From: Patescibacteria group bacterium
GTDB taxonomy: Bacteria; Patescibacteriota; Minisyncoccia; Moranbacterales; UBA11712
Length of the DNA stretch: 57,521 bases
Assembly (NCBI GenBank): GCA_030018805.1
Contig: JASEHL010000001.1
Location: 1 to 57,521 of the forward strand
Reading direction: 5' to 3'
In this document: positions 9,155-16,696 of the stretch, one piece after another
Layout of the letters: each line of letters starts with the position of its first letter
How positions within the stretch are numbered: the first letter of the stretch is position 1
Made by a program: the position numbers and the translations under genes
The notes under the pieces: generated by a model
The model's input: only the letters and a program-made list of their open reading frames with translations
The model's database searches: none
Told to the model about the DNA's origin: nothing

Positions 9155-9511
9155 CTAGGTTAATTTAGCCTTGTATGTGTCTATGATGTGTTCGATATGC
9201 TTCTGATAAAATACTTCGAATGTTTTGGTCGATTTGACTTGTTTGTAATAAACGAAAATAACATTATACAGCCTCTCGCTTGGGGATTTTCCATCCATTC
9301 CCTTTTCAACCTTTGTCTTGCTTTCAGGGTCAACATCTGTCGGTTCGATTGTCATTCTCACGTTCAGGTTTTGAAGGTTCATAAAAAGCACCTTCTCGCT
9401 TGCGGAAAGCTCTGGTGTGCTTACGGAAAGACCGAGGGAACCGTCAACCTTGGCTCTGATCCCCGTGATGACGGCTTGAGATTCTATGCTTTGTGTTTTT
9501 TCTTTTTTCAT
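9155..9511 (-). CDS. hypothetical protein
   Basis: 118-aa ORF, tightly packed against its neighbours. Confidence 0.55.
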   Translation of the reverse strand: MKKEKTQSIESQAVITGIRAKVDGSLGLSVSTPELSASEKVLFMNLQNLNVRMTIEPTDVDPESKTKVEKGMDGKSPSERLYNVIFVYYKQVKSTKTFEVFYQKHIEHIIDTYKAKLT

Positions 9512-9529
9512 TTACTCGTAATAAATGGT

Positions 9530-10087
9530 TTATATTTCCCTAATATCGGATATTATTTGTATATCGCTTTCGACTTCATTTCCCCAAACATCCCAGCCCT
9601 CGGTTTTTTCTCTTGCGAATAATTCTATTCTTGGAATGTCGCCGACTAGCTGTATTATTTTATCTCTTGCTTCTTGCGGTTTTTCGCTATGCTTTCCTCT
9701 CGGCTGTTGAATAAGCTGAAACACTGATGCGGATATTCTCTTGGGCTTTCCCTTGGTGGCAATAAGGCAAGGTTCGGTATTTCCCCTTGTCCATCTCCCC
9801 AACCCATAAAAAGGAGTTCGGCTTTCCGGGTTTAATTTCAACCACTGAAACGCAATGCTTTTATATTCGAATCCCCACGCCTCAATCACTTCTAGCGCTT
9901 CTTTCAGCATTGGGTAAGTCGCCCAGAGAAACAAAACACAATCTTTATCCGCTAATCCCCCCCCACAGGAAGTTTTTTAATATCTTGCAGTTTCATTCCC
10001 TTGTAATGGTTTGCCATTGTTCCCTGACATCCTTGGTCGTTATAATTCCACGGCGGATCGGCATAAATTATTTGATATTTTTTTCAT
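9530..10087 (-). pseudogene. MT-A70 family N6-adenine DNA methyltransferase, interrupted at two homopolymers
   Basis: The C-terminal frame reads LADKDCVLFLWATYPMLKEALEVIEAWGFEYKS...HSEKP. The N-terminal piece KKYQIIYADPPWNYNDQG (DPPW motif) is in another frame. The ATG at 10087 is followed by an A7 run. A G8 run (plus-strand C8 at 9957-9964) separates the two pieces. Confidence 0.7.
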
Positions 10088-10165
10088 TTTTATTTTTTAG
10101 CTGTTGCGGGGGTTAGTATTGATCCAACCGAGCTGTATGATTCTGCTCACGGACCCGCAGTTGGA

Positions 10166-10330
10166 TTATTCCTTTTCCTCGTCTTGCGACAAGGCTTTCC
10201 ACTTTGGCTCAATAACCTTCAGAATTTCATCGAGATAAAAGCGTTGTTGCTCTACGCTTTTTTCAAACGACTTTATTCTGTCGGATATTTTTTTGAGAGC
10301 CTCGGCAACTTGTTTTTCGAATTCAGTCAT
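10166..10330 (-). CDS. hypothetical small protein (54 aa)
   Basis: Own translation: MTEFEKQVAEALKKISDRIKSFEKSVEQQRFYLDEILKVIEPKWKALSQDEEKE. It overlaps the upstream stop by 8 nt. Confidence 0.35.
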   Translation of the reverse strand: MTEFEKQVAEALKKISDRIKSFEKSVEQQRFYLDEILKVIEPKWKALSQDEEKE

Positions 10331-10937
10331 TGATTTTTTTATATTTAGTTTCCAACTCGTTGATCAGCTCTTTTCCTTTTTCAATTCCAACTTTGATTTT
10401 CTCTTGGCGTTCTACGTTGGGCGTGATCCGGAATACCAGCATATTTCTATCAAAGTTGGTGTTATAAAAGACTATATCCCACCACTTCCGGCCCGAAACA
10501 TACATACACATTTGAGCCTGCCAGATGTATTTTGTATCAATGGCGTTTTTTCCGTTCACCATCACCTTGAAGAAATTAGTATCGTTCACGCATTTGATTT
10601 CTAATCCGCCATCTTCACCGACAAGGCCATCCGGAGAACACCCGACAAGTTCATCCAACTCGATAAATCCAACCTGTTCGACTTTCTCCCGCTCGATTTC
10701 GTAAGTCATCCGGGCCTGATCCTCCAGCTCGATTCCCCTTTCGATGTCGCTGTTGGTGTATATCTCTCGGTTGTTAGAGTATTTTTCAGCGAGAAGCGAG
10801 TAAATGTACGTTTCGAGTCCCTTTCCGTTTGAGGCGATAGACTGGGCGTTTGACGCAGTCATTTTTCCCCGCCGGATTTCAAACCAATCCTCGCTCCTTT
10901 GGTCAATTTGATGCAGCTTCATTTTTTTTGGCATCAA
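10323..10937 (-). CDS. YqaJ-like viral recombinase exonuclease (PD-(D/E)XK)
   Basis: SEDWFEIRRGKMTASNA...GCSPDGLVGEDGGLEIKC fits the YqaJ domain pattern. Confidence 0.8.
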   Translation of the reverse strand: MMPKKMKLHQIDQRSEDWFEIRRGKMTASNAQSIASNGKGLETYIYSLLAEKYSNNREIYTNSDIERGIELEDQARMTYEIEREKVEQVGFIELDELVGCSPDGLVGEDGGLEIKCVNDTNFFKVMVNGKNAIDTKYIWQAQMCMYVSGRKWWDIVFYNTNFDRNMLVFRITPNVERQEKIKVGIEKGKELINELETKYKKIND

Positions 10938-11682
10938 GGATTAGGTCTTTTATCTCCTTGGCATAGGCGATGACTTCCTTATTAGCTTTAAGCTCTTTCG
11001 GCAACCTAATCCAAGTGTCGTTGAATTTCTTTGCGGTCATGCAATTTCCGAAAGCTTTTTTGACTTCTTCGATTTGATCCGAACTAACCTCCAGCGCCGC
11101 CTCATTATCCTCGTCCCCCGTCATAATCCCCAGCGCGTTCATAAAAGCATAGCGCTTGGAGAATGTCGCCGTGGCCGCTATTTGCTGCGGTTGGCTCATT
11201 ATTCCGGTCTTTGTGGTAAGCGGTGTTTCCATTTCAGACTGCTCGCTGTGTCCGGCGGTATGTTTCACGATTACAATTGACTTCACTTTGTCTGTACTCA
11301 CCTCGGTTTTTACCGAATAGCTCAACCCGTGCCTTGACAAAATTCCTTTCACTTGCCCAATAATTGATTCAAGCGGGGCATATTTATACAGCAACTTCCC
11401 TTGGTCGTTTTTTACCTCTTTGAGCTTTTTTATTTCCGGCAATTCGGCTTGAAAATCAGCCATTGCAAGATCAAACTGCTTTTTTGCTTCGGCGGCATCG
11501 ATCCGCTCTTTCATCGCCAATATCCTTTCAAAGGTTTCTACTGGCACACCCTTTTCGACGGCCTGTAAAATAATTGCTTCCATTGAAACTGGTCTGGCTT
11601 CTACTAGTCCCCTTTCTTCTTTAGGCGCTAATGCCTTTGATTCTTTTGACATAAGTTTGGTTGTTTGGTCGGGCATTACCAC
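10903..11682 (-). CDS. ERF-family single-strand annealing protein
   Basis: KKQFDLAMADFQAELPEIKK...LLYKYAPLESI...ATATFSKRYAFMNALGIMTGDEDNEA is ERF-like. It is paired with the exonuclease gene. Confidence 0.7.
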   Translation of the reverse strand: MVMPDQTTKLMSKESKALAPKEERGLVEARPVSMEAIILQAVEKGVPVETFERILAMKERIDAAEAKKQFDLAMADFQAELPEIKKLKEVKNDQGKLLYKYAPLESIIGQVKGILSRHGLSYSVKTEVSTDKVKSIVIVKHTAGHSEQSEMETPLTTKTGIMSQPQQIAATATFSKRYAFMNALGIMTGDEDNEAALEVSSDQIEEVKKAFGNCMTAKKFNDTWIRLPKELKANKEVIAYAKEIKDLILDAKKNEAASN

Positions 11683-11719
11683 CTTTCAGGGATAACGCCC
11701 GCCCAGACGGAAAGGTTAA

Positions 11720-11869
11720 TTACTCTACTTCCGCGACAAAAATATCCTTTGTCGCCAAGGCTTCTTTGAGGGCCTCGATAAGCGTGTCAGCCCCCAGCTC
11801 CGTTTCTTTCCATCCGACTGTTCCCTCTTCCGGGTTGTCGTTTGGCTCGACCATTTTGAATTTGGCCAT
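11720..11869 (-). CDS. hypothetical small protein (49 aa)
   Basis: Own translation: MAKFKMVEPNDNPEEGTVGWKETELGADTLIEALKEALATKDIFVAEVE. Confidence 0.3.
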   Translation of the reverse strand: MAKFKMVEPNDNPEEGTVGWKETELGADTLIEALKEALATKDIFVAEVE

Positions 11870-11944
11870 TGGGATGTGATTATTGATTAGGTCTTTTTGT
11901 CTTTGGGATAATGATTCGACCAGTTCCCCCCTTGATTTTGATTT

Positions 11945-12622
11945 TCATATACTTGCGATATATTTTTTGTAATTTCCATTTTTGAATTGCGACCACGGAT
12001 AGAATCCAGATTTTTGGTAAAGTTCGTAGGCGTATTTTACATTGAACTCCGGATCAAGAAGTTGACTTGGGTCTGGTCGTCCTTCAAGGTGTCGAATCTG
12101 AAAAACTCCATAGCTTGCTCCGTACTCTTTGCCGTCTTTATAAAATTTAAGATGTTGGTCTCCGATACTTTTCGGATTGAGATGGCTTTCGCTTTTGGCG
12201 ACGGCGATTGCGATTTTGGCTTCTTCTTCATTGTTCCAAATTTTCCTTATTAGTTTTTCAATCTCGGAAGGAGGGGCAGAAGTGATTTGATCCGCTTCTG
12301 CCGCTTCCGGTTGCTTGGTGGATTCAGTCTTTTGAGGAGCGACCTCGGAAACCGAATCGCCGACACTTTTTATTTCAATTCTTTCAATGTGGCTTTTCCA
12401 AGTTTGGTTTGCTTCTTGGTAGGTCTGGGAAAATGTGATGTAAAAATATCCCCAGCTTGCGAGTATGATTCCCGTAAGAAACATACACACGATGATTTGC
12501 AATCTCACCCTTTTCCACAAAGGAAATGTGATGATACGCATTTTTGTTTTTTGCCTTACACCCACGGGCTTATTATTTATTCCCCTGCGAAGCCCCCTAG
12601 CCGAGTGTTGCAACTGCCCCAT
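11945..12622 (-). CDS. membrane-anchored lytic transglycosylase (SLT/lysozyme-like)
   Basis: There is a TM segment (IIVCMFLTGIILASWGYFYI) followed by AVAKSESHLNPKSIG...YGVFQIRH. The start may be the internal MRIITF. Confidence 0.65.
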   Translation of the reverse strand: MGQLQHSARGLRRGINNKPVGVRQKTKMRIITFPLWKRVRLQIIVCMFLTGIILASWGYFYITFSQTYQEANQTWKSHIERIEIKSVGDSVSEVAPQKTESTKQPEAAEADQITSAPPSEIEKLIRKIWNNEEEAKIAIAVAKSESHLNPKSIGDQHLKFYKDGKEYGASYGVFQIRHLEGRPDPSQLLDPEFNVKYAYELYQKSGFYPWSQFKNGNYKKYIASI

Positions 12623-12651
12623 CCTAGGAATTTAAGGCTTCGCAGGGATAT

Positions 12652-12686
12652 AAAAAAACCGCTATCTTTTCGATAGCGGTTTTTTA
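12652..12686. terminator. bidirectional intrinsic terminator hairpin
   Basis: aaaaaaaccgctatc-ttttc-gatagcggtttttt has an A-run before and a T-run after a 10-bp stem. It lies between the island and the 16S 3' end. Confidence 0.7.
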
Positions 12687-12699
12687 AAAACCTTATAAT

Positions 12700-12725
12700 A
12701 ATTGCACGTTTTTGCGGTTGCCCTG
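12700..12725 (-). other. 3' half of the 16S precursor processing stem
   Basis: It is complementary to 15990-16015: 22 Watson-Crick pairs plus 2 G-U pairs out of 26, checked by hand. Confidence 0.6.
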
Positions 12726-12948
12726 TGCTAAAGTCTATTTTACCCGCCGATGAGGCGGGAACGACCATATGGGTTTGTGCCTCGATAAATCGAAGCGACT
12801 TCACCGTATCTCCCTAGAAAGGAGGTGATCCATCCACAGGTTCCCCTACGGATGCCTTGTTACGACTTCACCCTTGTTATCGATCTTGCCATGGTACCCC
12901 TTGCGAGGTGCTTCAGGCATTACCGACTCCCTTGGTGTGACGGGCGGT

Positions 12949-13921
12949 ATTTGGATTCCCGCCTATAGCGGGATCACACACCGCCGGACGAACGGTTTTC
13001 CCGTATCCTGGCGGTTTCCAACGCTGGATCAAACTGTTTTTTGAAATTATGTTTTTTGCCGAACTTTCGCATTTTGTTGCGAAGCCGTTGGATTCTTTCA
13101 AAGCCCTTGTCGGTCAGATGTTCCTTTTCCCGCATCGCGAGAACAATCTTTTTGAAAAGTTTGTAAACATCCGCCTTCTTGGCTTCGAGAGGATGGCGGT
13201 CAAGGAATGGGAAAAGGATTTCCGTCAAGTCTCGCGTGCTGGTCACTTTGAGTTTGGCATGCGGATGCCATCCATATCGTTCATACGAACAATCATAGAT
13301 TCTTCCGCAGCCGATCGTCGCGACTATGCGCTCGAGAATTTTTCGGTCATCATCCCGAAGTTCAATTTCAAACTCCGGCTTTATTTCCACTCCTCTTTTG
13401 AGAGTCTTGTGCCGGTTAATACTAACCGAGAAAGACCCTTCGCCATCAATGAATCCGGAAACATAATATGGATTCAGTTTTTTGCATTGGATTTGCTCCT
13501 TCCCAAACGGATCTTTCAAACGCGGATTGCGCTCGAAAGGCTTTCGCTTGGTACTATGAGCTCGGCTGACTTCTTGCATGGCTTGAATCAAAAATTACTC
13601 TTTGATTTTACTTTATAATTCTCGTGGTTAGTATACCACAGAATTAAAAGACCATACAAGATCTCCCTTGGTCACTCAATAAACATTTTGACGCCGTCTC
13701 GATAAACCGATACATATATATCTTATTTGAAGATGGCTTCCTCATGTACTCCCAGAGTCGCCAAATATATATGTATTTGTTGTTTATTCAAGCTGGCATC
13801 TGCTACTTTCACCCTTCAGTCCGATCCTCACGGAGTCGAACCTGTGATTTCGCTTCATGGATTCTTCAATATCCTTGGTCGGATTCACACCGACTAGCTT
13901 ATTGGGCTGCAAGGCACCCGA
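12949..13921 (-). other. about 0.97-kb intron-like insertion in the 16S rRNA 1390-1400 region
   Basis: It separates ...GGTCTTGTAC (13930..13922) from ACCGCCCGTCACACC (12948..). It contains a homing endonuclease ORF. The exact splice boundaries are not resolved. Confidence 0.7.
12974..13591 (-). CDS. LAGLIDADG homing endonuclease (single-motif type)
   Basis: 205 aa. YVSGFIDGEGSFSVSI is a LAGLIDADG motif. The ORF lies inside the rRNA insertion. Confidence 0.85.
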   Translation of the reverse strand: MIQAMQEVSRAHSTKRKPFERNPRLKDPFGKEQIQCKKLNPYYVSGFIDGEGSFSVSINRHKTLKRGVEIKPEFEIELRDDDRKILERIVATIGCGRIYDCSYERYGWHPHAKLKVTSTRDLTEILFPFLDRHPLEAKKADVYKLFKKIVLAMREKEHLTDKGFERIQRLRNKMRKFGKKHNFKKQFDPALETARIRENRSSGGV

Positions 13922-13983
13922 GTACAAGACCCGAGAACGTATTCACCGGGACATGGCTGATTCCCGATTACTAGCGATTCCGG

Positions 13984-14034
<51 letters not shown>

Positions 14035-14152
14035 GGATTGGCTCCGCCTCGCGGCTTGGCTACCCATTGTACCGGCCATTGTAGCATGCGTGTCGCCCAG
14101 GGCGTCAGAGGGCCATGCTGATTTGACGTCATCCCCGCCTTCCTCCCAGCCC

Positions 14153-14329
14153 GATGCGCACTCGCTGCGCGAGTGCTAAATTAAAAACTTAAAATTAAAA
14201 GTGAAAAATTATGGAGTCTCGCTGCGCTCGACAATTTACTTTATACATAAATAGTCATGCGCGAAGCGCATACCAGAATTTTTACTTTTTCATTTTTACT
14301 TTTTAACTTAGCGCGCGTAGCGCGCATTG
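14153..14329 (-). other. ORF-less intervening sequence in a 16S hairpin loop (E. coli about 1130-1140)
   Basis: The native stem cccagccc (14145-14152) pairs with gggctggg (about 14330-14337) and is extended by an insert. The insert arms aaattaaaaacttaaaattaaaagtgaaaaatt and aatttttactttttcatttttactttttaactta are complementary and have a 7-nt period. Confidence 0.6.
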
Positions 14330-14408
14330 GGCTGGGCAGTCTCGAGTGACACTTGTAACACTCGACAGGGGTTGCGCTCGTTTCCCGACTTAACGGAACA
14401 CCTCACGG

Positions 14409-14439
<31 letters not shown>

Positions 14440-15005
14440 CCAGCACCCTCGAAGGCTATCATGTTTCCATGATATGCAGCTGGATTTCAAGCCCTGGTGA
14501 GGTTCCTCGCTTATTGACGAATTGAACCGCGTGCTCCACCGCTTGTGCGGGTCCCCGTCTATTCCTTTGAGTTTTAAGCTTGCGCTCGTACTTCCCAGGC
14601 GGCCTGCTTAACGCGTTAGCTACGGTCCTGAAAGGGTCGATACTTCCAAGACCTAGCAGGCAACGTTTAGGGCGTGGACTACCGGGGTATCTAATCCCGT
14701 TCGCTACCCACGCTTTCGTGTCTCAGCGTCAGACAAAGCCCAGTTCACTGCCTTCGCCTTTGGCGTTCCATATGATATCAACGCATTTCACTGCTACACC
14801 ATATGTTCCATGAACCTCTACTTGTCTCGAGTGATGACGTTTCAGATGCGGCTCCAACGTTGAGCGCTGGAATTTGACATCTGACTATCATCGCCGCCTA
14901 CACACGCTTTACGCCCAATAAATCCGGATAACGCTTGAGGTCTCTGTATTACCGCTGCTGCTGGCACAGAGTTAGCAACCTCTTATTCCTACCGTACCGT
15001 CAGAA

Positions 15006-15437
15006 GTGAGATGTGAGAAGTTAGATGTGAGATTTTATTTCCATCTTTCCCTTAACCTGTATAATTGTTTGCCGATAATATCGTATTCTTCTATTAATTT
15101 ATCGGCAATATTTTTTTCTCCAAATTCAGCATTAACTGAATCTTCTATATGACTCATAACTTCATTACATGAACCTAGAGATCGAGTTAGATACAGCTTA
15201 AATTCCGCTATAGATCTTCCGTATCCTTCTGCAATATTCGAATGAATCGAATTTGCAGCTCTGCACATTTGATCTCTTAGATGTTTTGCTTCAAAGGGAA
15301 ATGTTTTTGTATAATTTACAATCTGTGGATACAATTTTTTTGATCTTTGGTAAACATCAAGATCTTTAAAACTTTTAATCATATCCAAATTATACAACAA
15401 TTATATCTCACTTCCCACCTCTCAACTCTCACCTCTT
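15006..15437 (-). other. intervening sequence in the 16S V3 helix carrying a four-helix-bundle protein gene
   Basis: The arms gtgagat/gtgagaa/gttagat/gtgagat (15006-15033) and atctcac/ttcccac/ctctcaa/ctctcac (15405-15435) are inverted 7-nt tandem repeats. The flanks are normal 16S sequence (..ACCAGAAGAAG and CTTCTGACGGTAC..). Confidence 0.65.
15035..15400 (-). CDS. four-helix-bundle protein (23S rRNA-intervening-sequence protein / Avd-like family)
   Basis: 121 aa. FKDLDVYQRS...FPFEAKHLRDQMCRAANSIHSNIAEGYGRS...EFKLYLTRSLGSCNEV fits the family pattern. It is in the same orientation as the rRNA. Confidence 0.8.
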   Translation of the reverse strand: MLYNLDMIKSFKDLDVYQRSKKLYPQIVNYTKTFPFEAKHLRDQMCRAANSIHSNIAEGYGRSIAEFKLYLTRSLGSCNEVMSHIEDSVNAEFGEKNIADKLIEEYDIIGKQLYRLRERWK

Positions 15438-15519
15438 CTTCTGGTAGAAAAGAAGTTTACAACCCGAAGGCCTTCATCCTTCACGCGGCGTCGCTCGGTC
15501 AGGCTTTCGCCCATTGCCG

Positions 15520-15550
<31 letters not shown>

Positions 15551-15610
15551 TTGGGCAGTGTCTCAGTCCCAATGTTGGGGATCATGCTCTCACATCCCCT
15601 ACCCGTCATA

Positions 15611-15648
<38 letters not shown>

Positions 15649-15809
15649 ACACAGGCCGCTCCTCAAGCGATAAATCTTTACTCCGAAGAGAACTATCTCG
15701 CATTATTCCCCCTTTCGAGGGATTATTCGAGACTCAAGGGTACGTTCCTATGCATTACTAACCCGTTTGCCGTGCCGCCAAAGGCGGCACGCGACTTGCA
15801 TGCCTTATC

Positions 15810-15849
<40 letters not shown>

Positions 15850-15989
15850 AATAAGAATTATTTCGATAAAATAAATTACCAAAATAATTTTGAGAACCCG
15901 GAATTTTTTGATAGAAATTCCGGCGAACTCTATAAAAGTAACTGATTTTGAATAGATCGTTTGGCACTTCCCCGACGTTACGTCGGGGC

Positions 15990-16015
15990 CAGGACAACCA
16001 CAAAAACTTGCGATT
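15990..16015 (-). other. 5' half of the 16S precursor processing stem
   Basis: caggacaaccacaaaaacttgcgatt pairs with 12700-12725. Confidence 0.6.
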
Positions 16016-16017
16016 GT

Positions 16018-16076
16018 TTACCCTGTTAAATTGCGCCAGAGGCGCACCTCGCGAAGCGAGGATTTAACAGGGTGAA
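16018..16076. repeat. family-A palindromic element, copy 1 (intergenic, rRNA leader)
   Basis: The outer arms are ttaccctgttaaat and atttaacagggtgaa. They enclose two inner hairpins, tgcgcc-aga-ggcgca and cctcgc-gaa-gcgagg. Confidence 0.85.
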
Positions 16077-16465
16077 CCCCGACACTAATATAAGATTGGT
16101 GCGGGGTTTTCCTCATCAATTCTTTTGCTGGCAAATTGATGAGGATTCAGTTGTCAAGGTTCATCATAACTGCAAAGTGATGAGGGCAACATTGTTGCCC
16201 AAAAAGCTTTGAAGTTATAAATGCTTTGGGTTGATGGCAGGGGCGTCTAGGCCTATCCGCAATTCACCTCTTTCCGATCATTCTGGAAAGGCTCTGCCGT
16301 TTCATTGAGCCGACCTTTTAGCCGCGAGAGAAAGGTTTATCTCCCATTACTCTGCCTGCCTCCGGTCACCAACGCCACCAACCCAAATTTTATGTCTAAA
16401 GAACACAAAACACGACCAGAATAATCCGCAATATTTCTATTACAAACTATTCCAGTCGCGTCTTT

Positions 16466-16535
16466 CACCTTGCCCTGTTAAATTCTGGCGTAGCCAGACC
16501 TCGCGAAGCGAGGATTTAACAGGGTGAATTCACCC
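16466..16535. repeat. family-A palindromic element, copy 2
   Basis: Same outer arms. Inner hairpin 1 is changed by compensatory substitutions (tctggc-gta-gccaga). Confidence 0.85.
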
Positions 16536-16597
16536 TAATTATGGACTCAAAATGATCGACTTTTTCTTTTTTGAGTTAATTTTTAACGGCAAGAATA

Positions 16598-16625
16598 ATT
16601 ATAGCAGGCTGAAAAAACGTGTCAA
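16598..16625 (-). promoter_or_regulatory. near-consensus sigma70-type promoter facing the 16S gene
   Basis: On the minus strand, TTGACA (16625..16620), a 16-nt spacer, then TATAAT (16603..16598). It lies just downstream of the murD stop and about 740 nt upstream of the mature 16S 5' end. Confidence 0.45.
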
Positions 16626-16696
16626 GTGTCGCAAAAAAGGTTTGACCTTGAGGAATTTCGAGCGACAGCGAGAAAGGGAAAGGTCGAACCTTGAAA

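Noticed and set aside
461-12622. The island as an integrated filamentous phage (inovirus) linked to the pilus cluster.
   Set aside because: There is no Zot/pI-type ATPase and no rolling-circle Rep. The presence of a lysin, a transglycosylase and an ERF/YqaJ module points to a tailed-phage-like or other lytic ancestry.
16076-16470. The 390-nt ORF-free segment as RNase P RNA, tmRNA, SRP RNA or 5S rRNA.
   Set aside because: I could not find the diagnostic motifs on either strand: GGAAAGUCCGG / ACAGAAxxCGGCUUA for RNase P, a tRNA-like GGUUCGAAUCC...CCA end for tmRNA, the GGAA-GCAGCC SRP motif, or the CCGAAC...GAAGUGAAAC 5S core. It is left as an unassigned structured leader.
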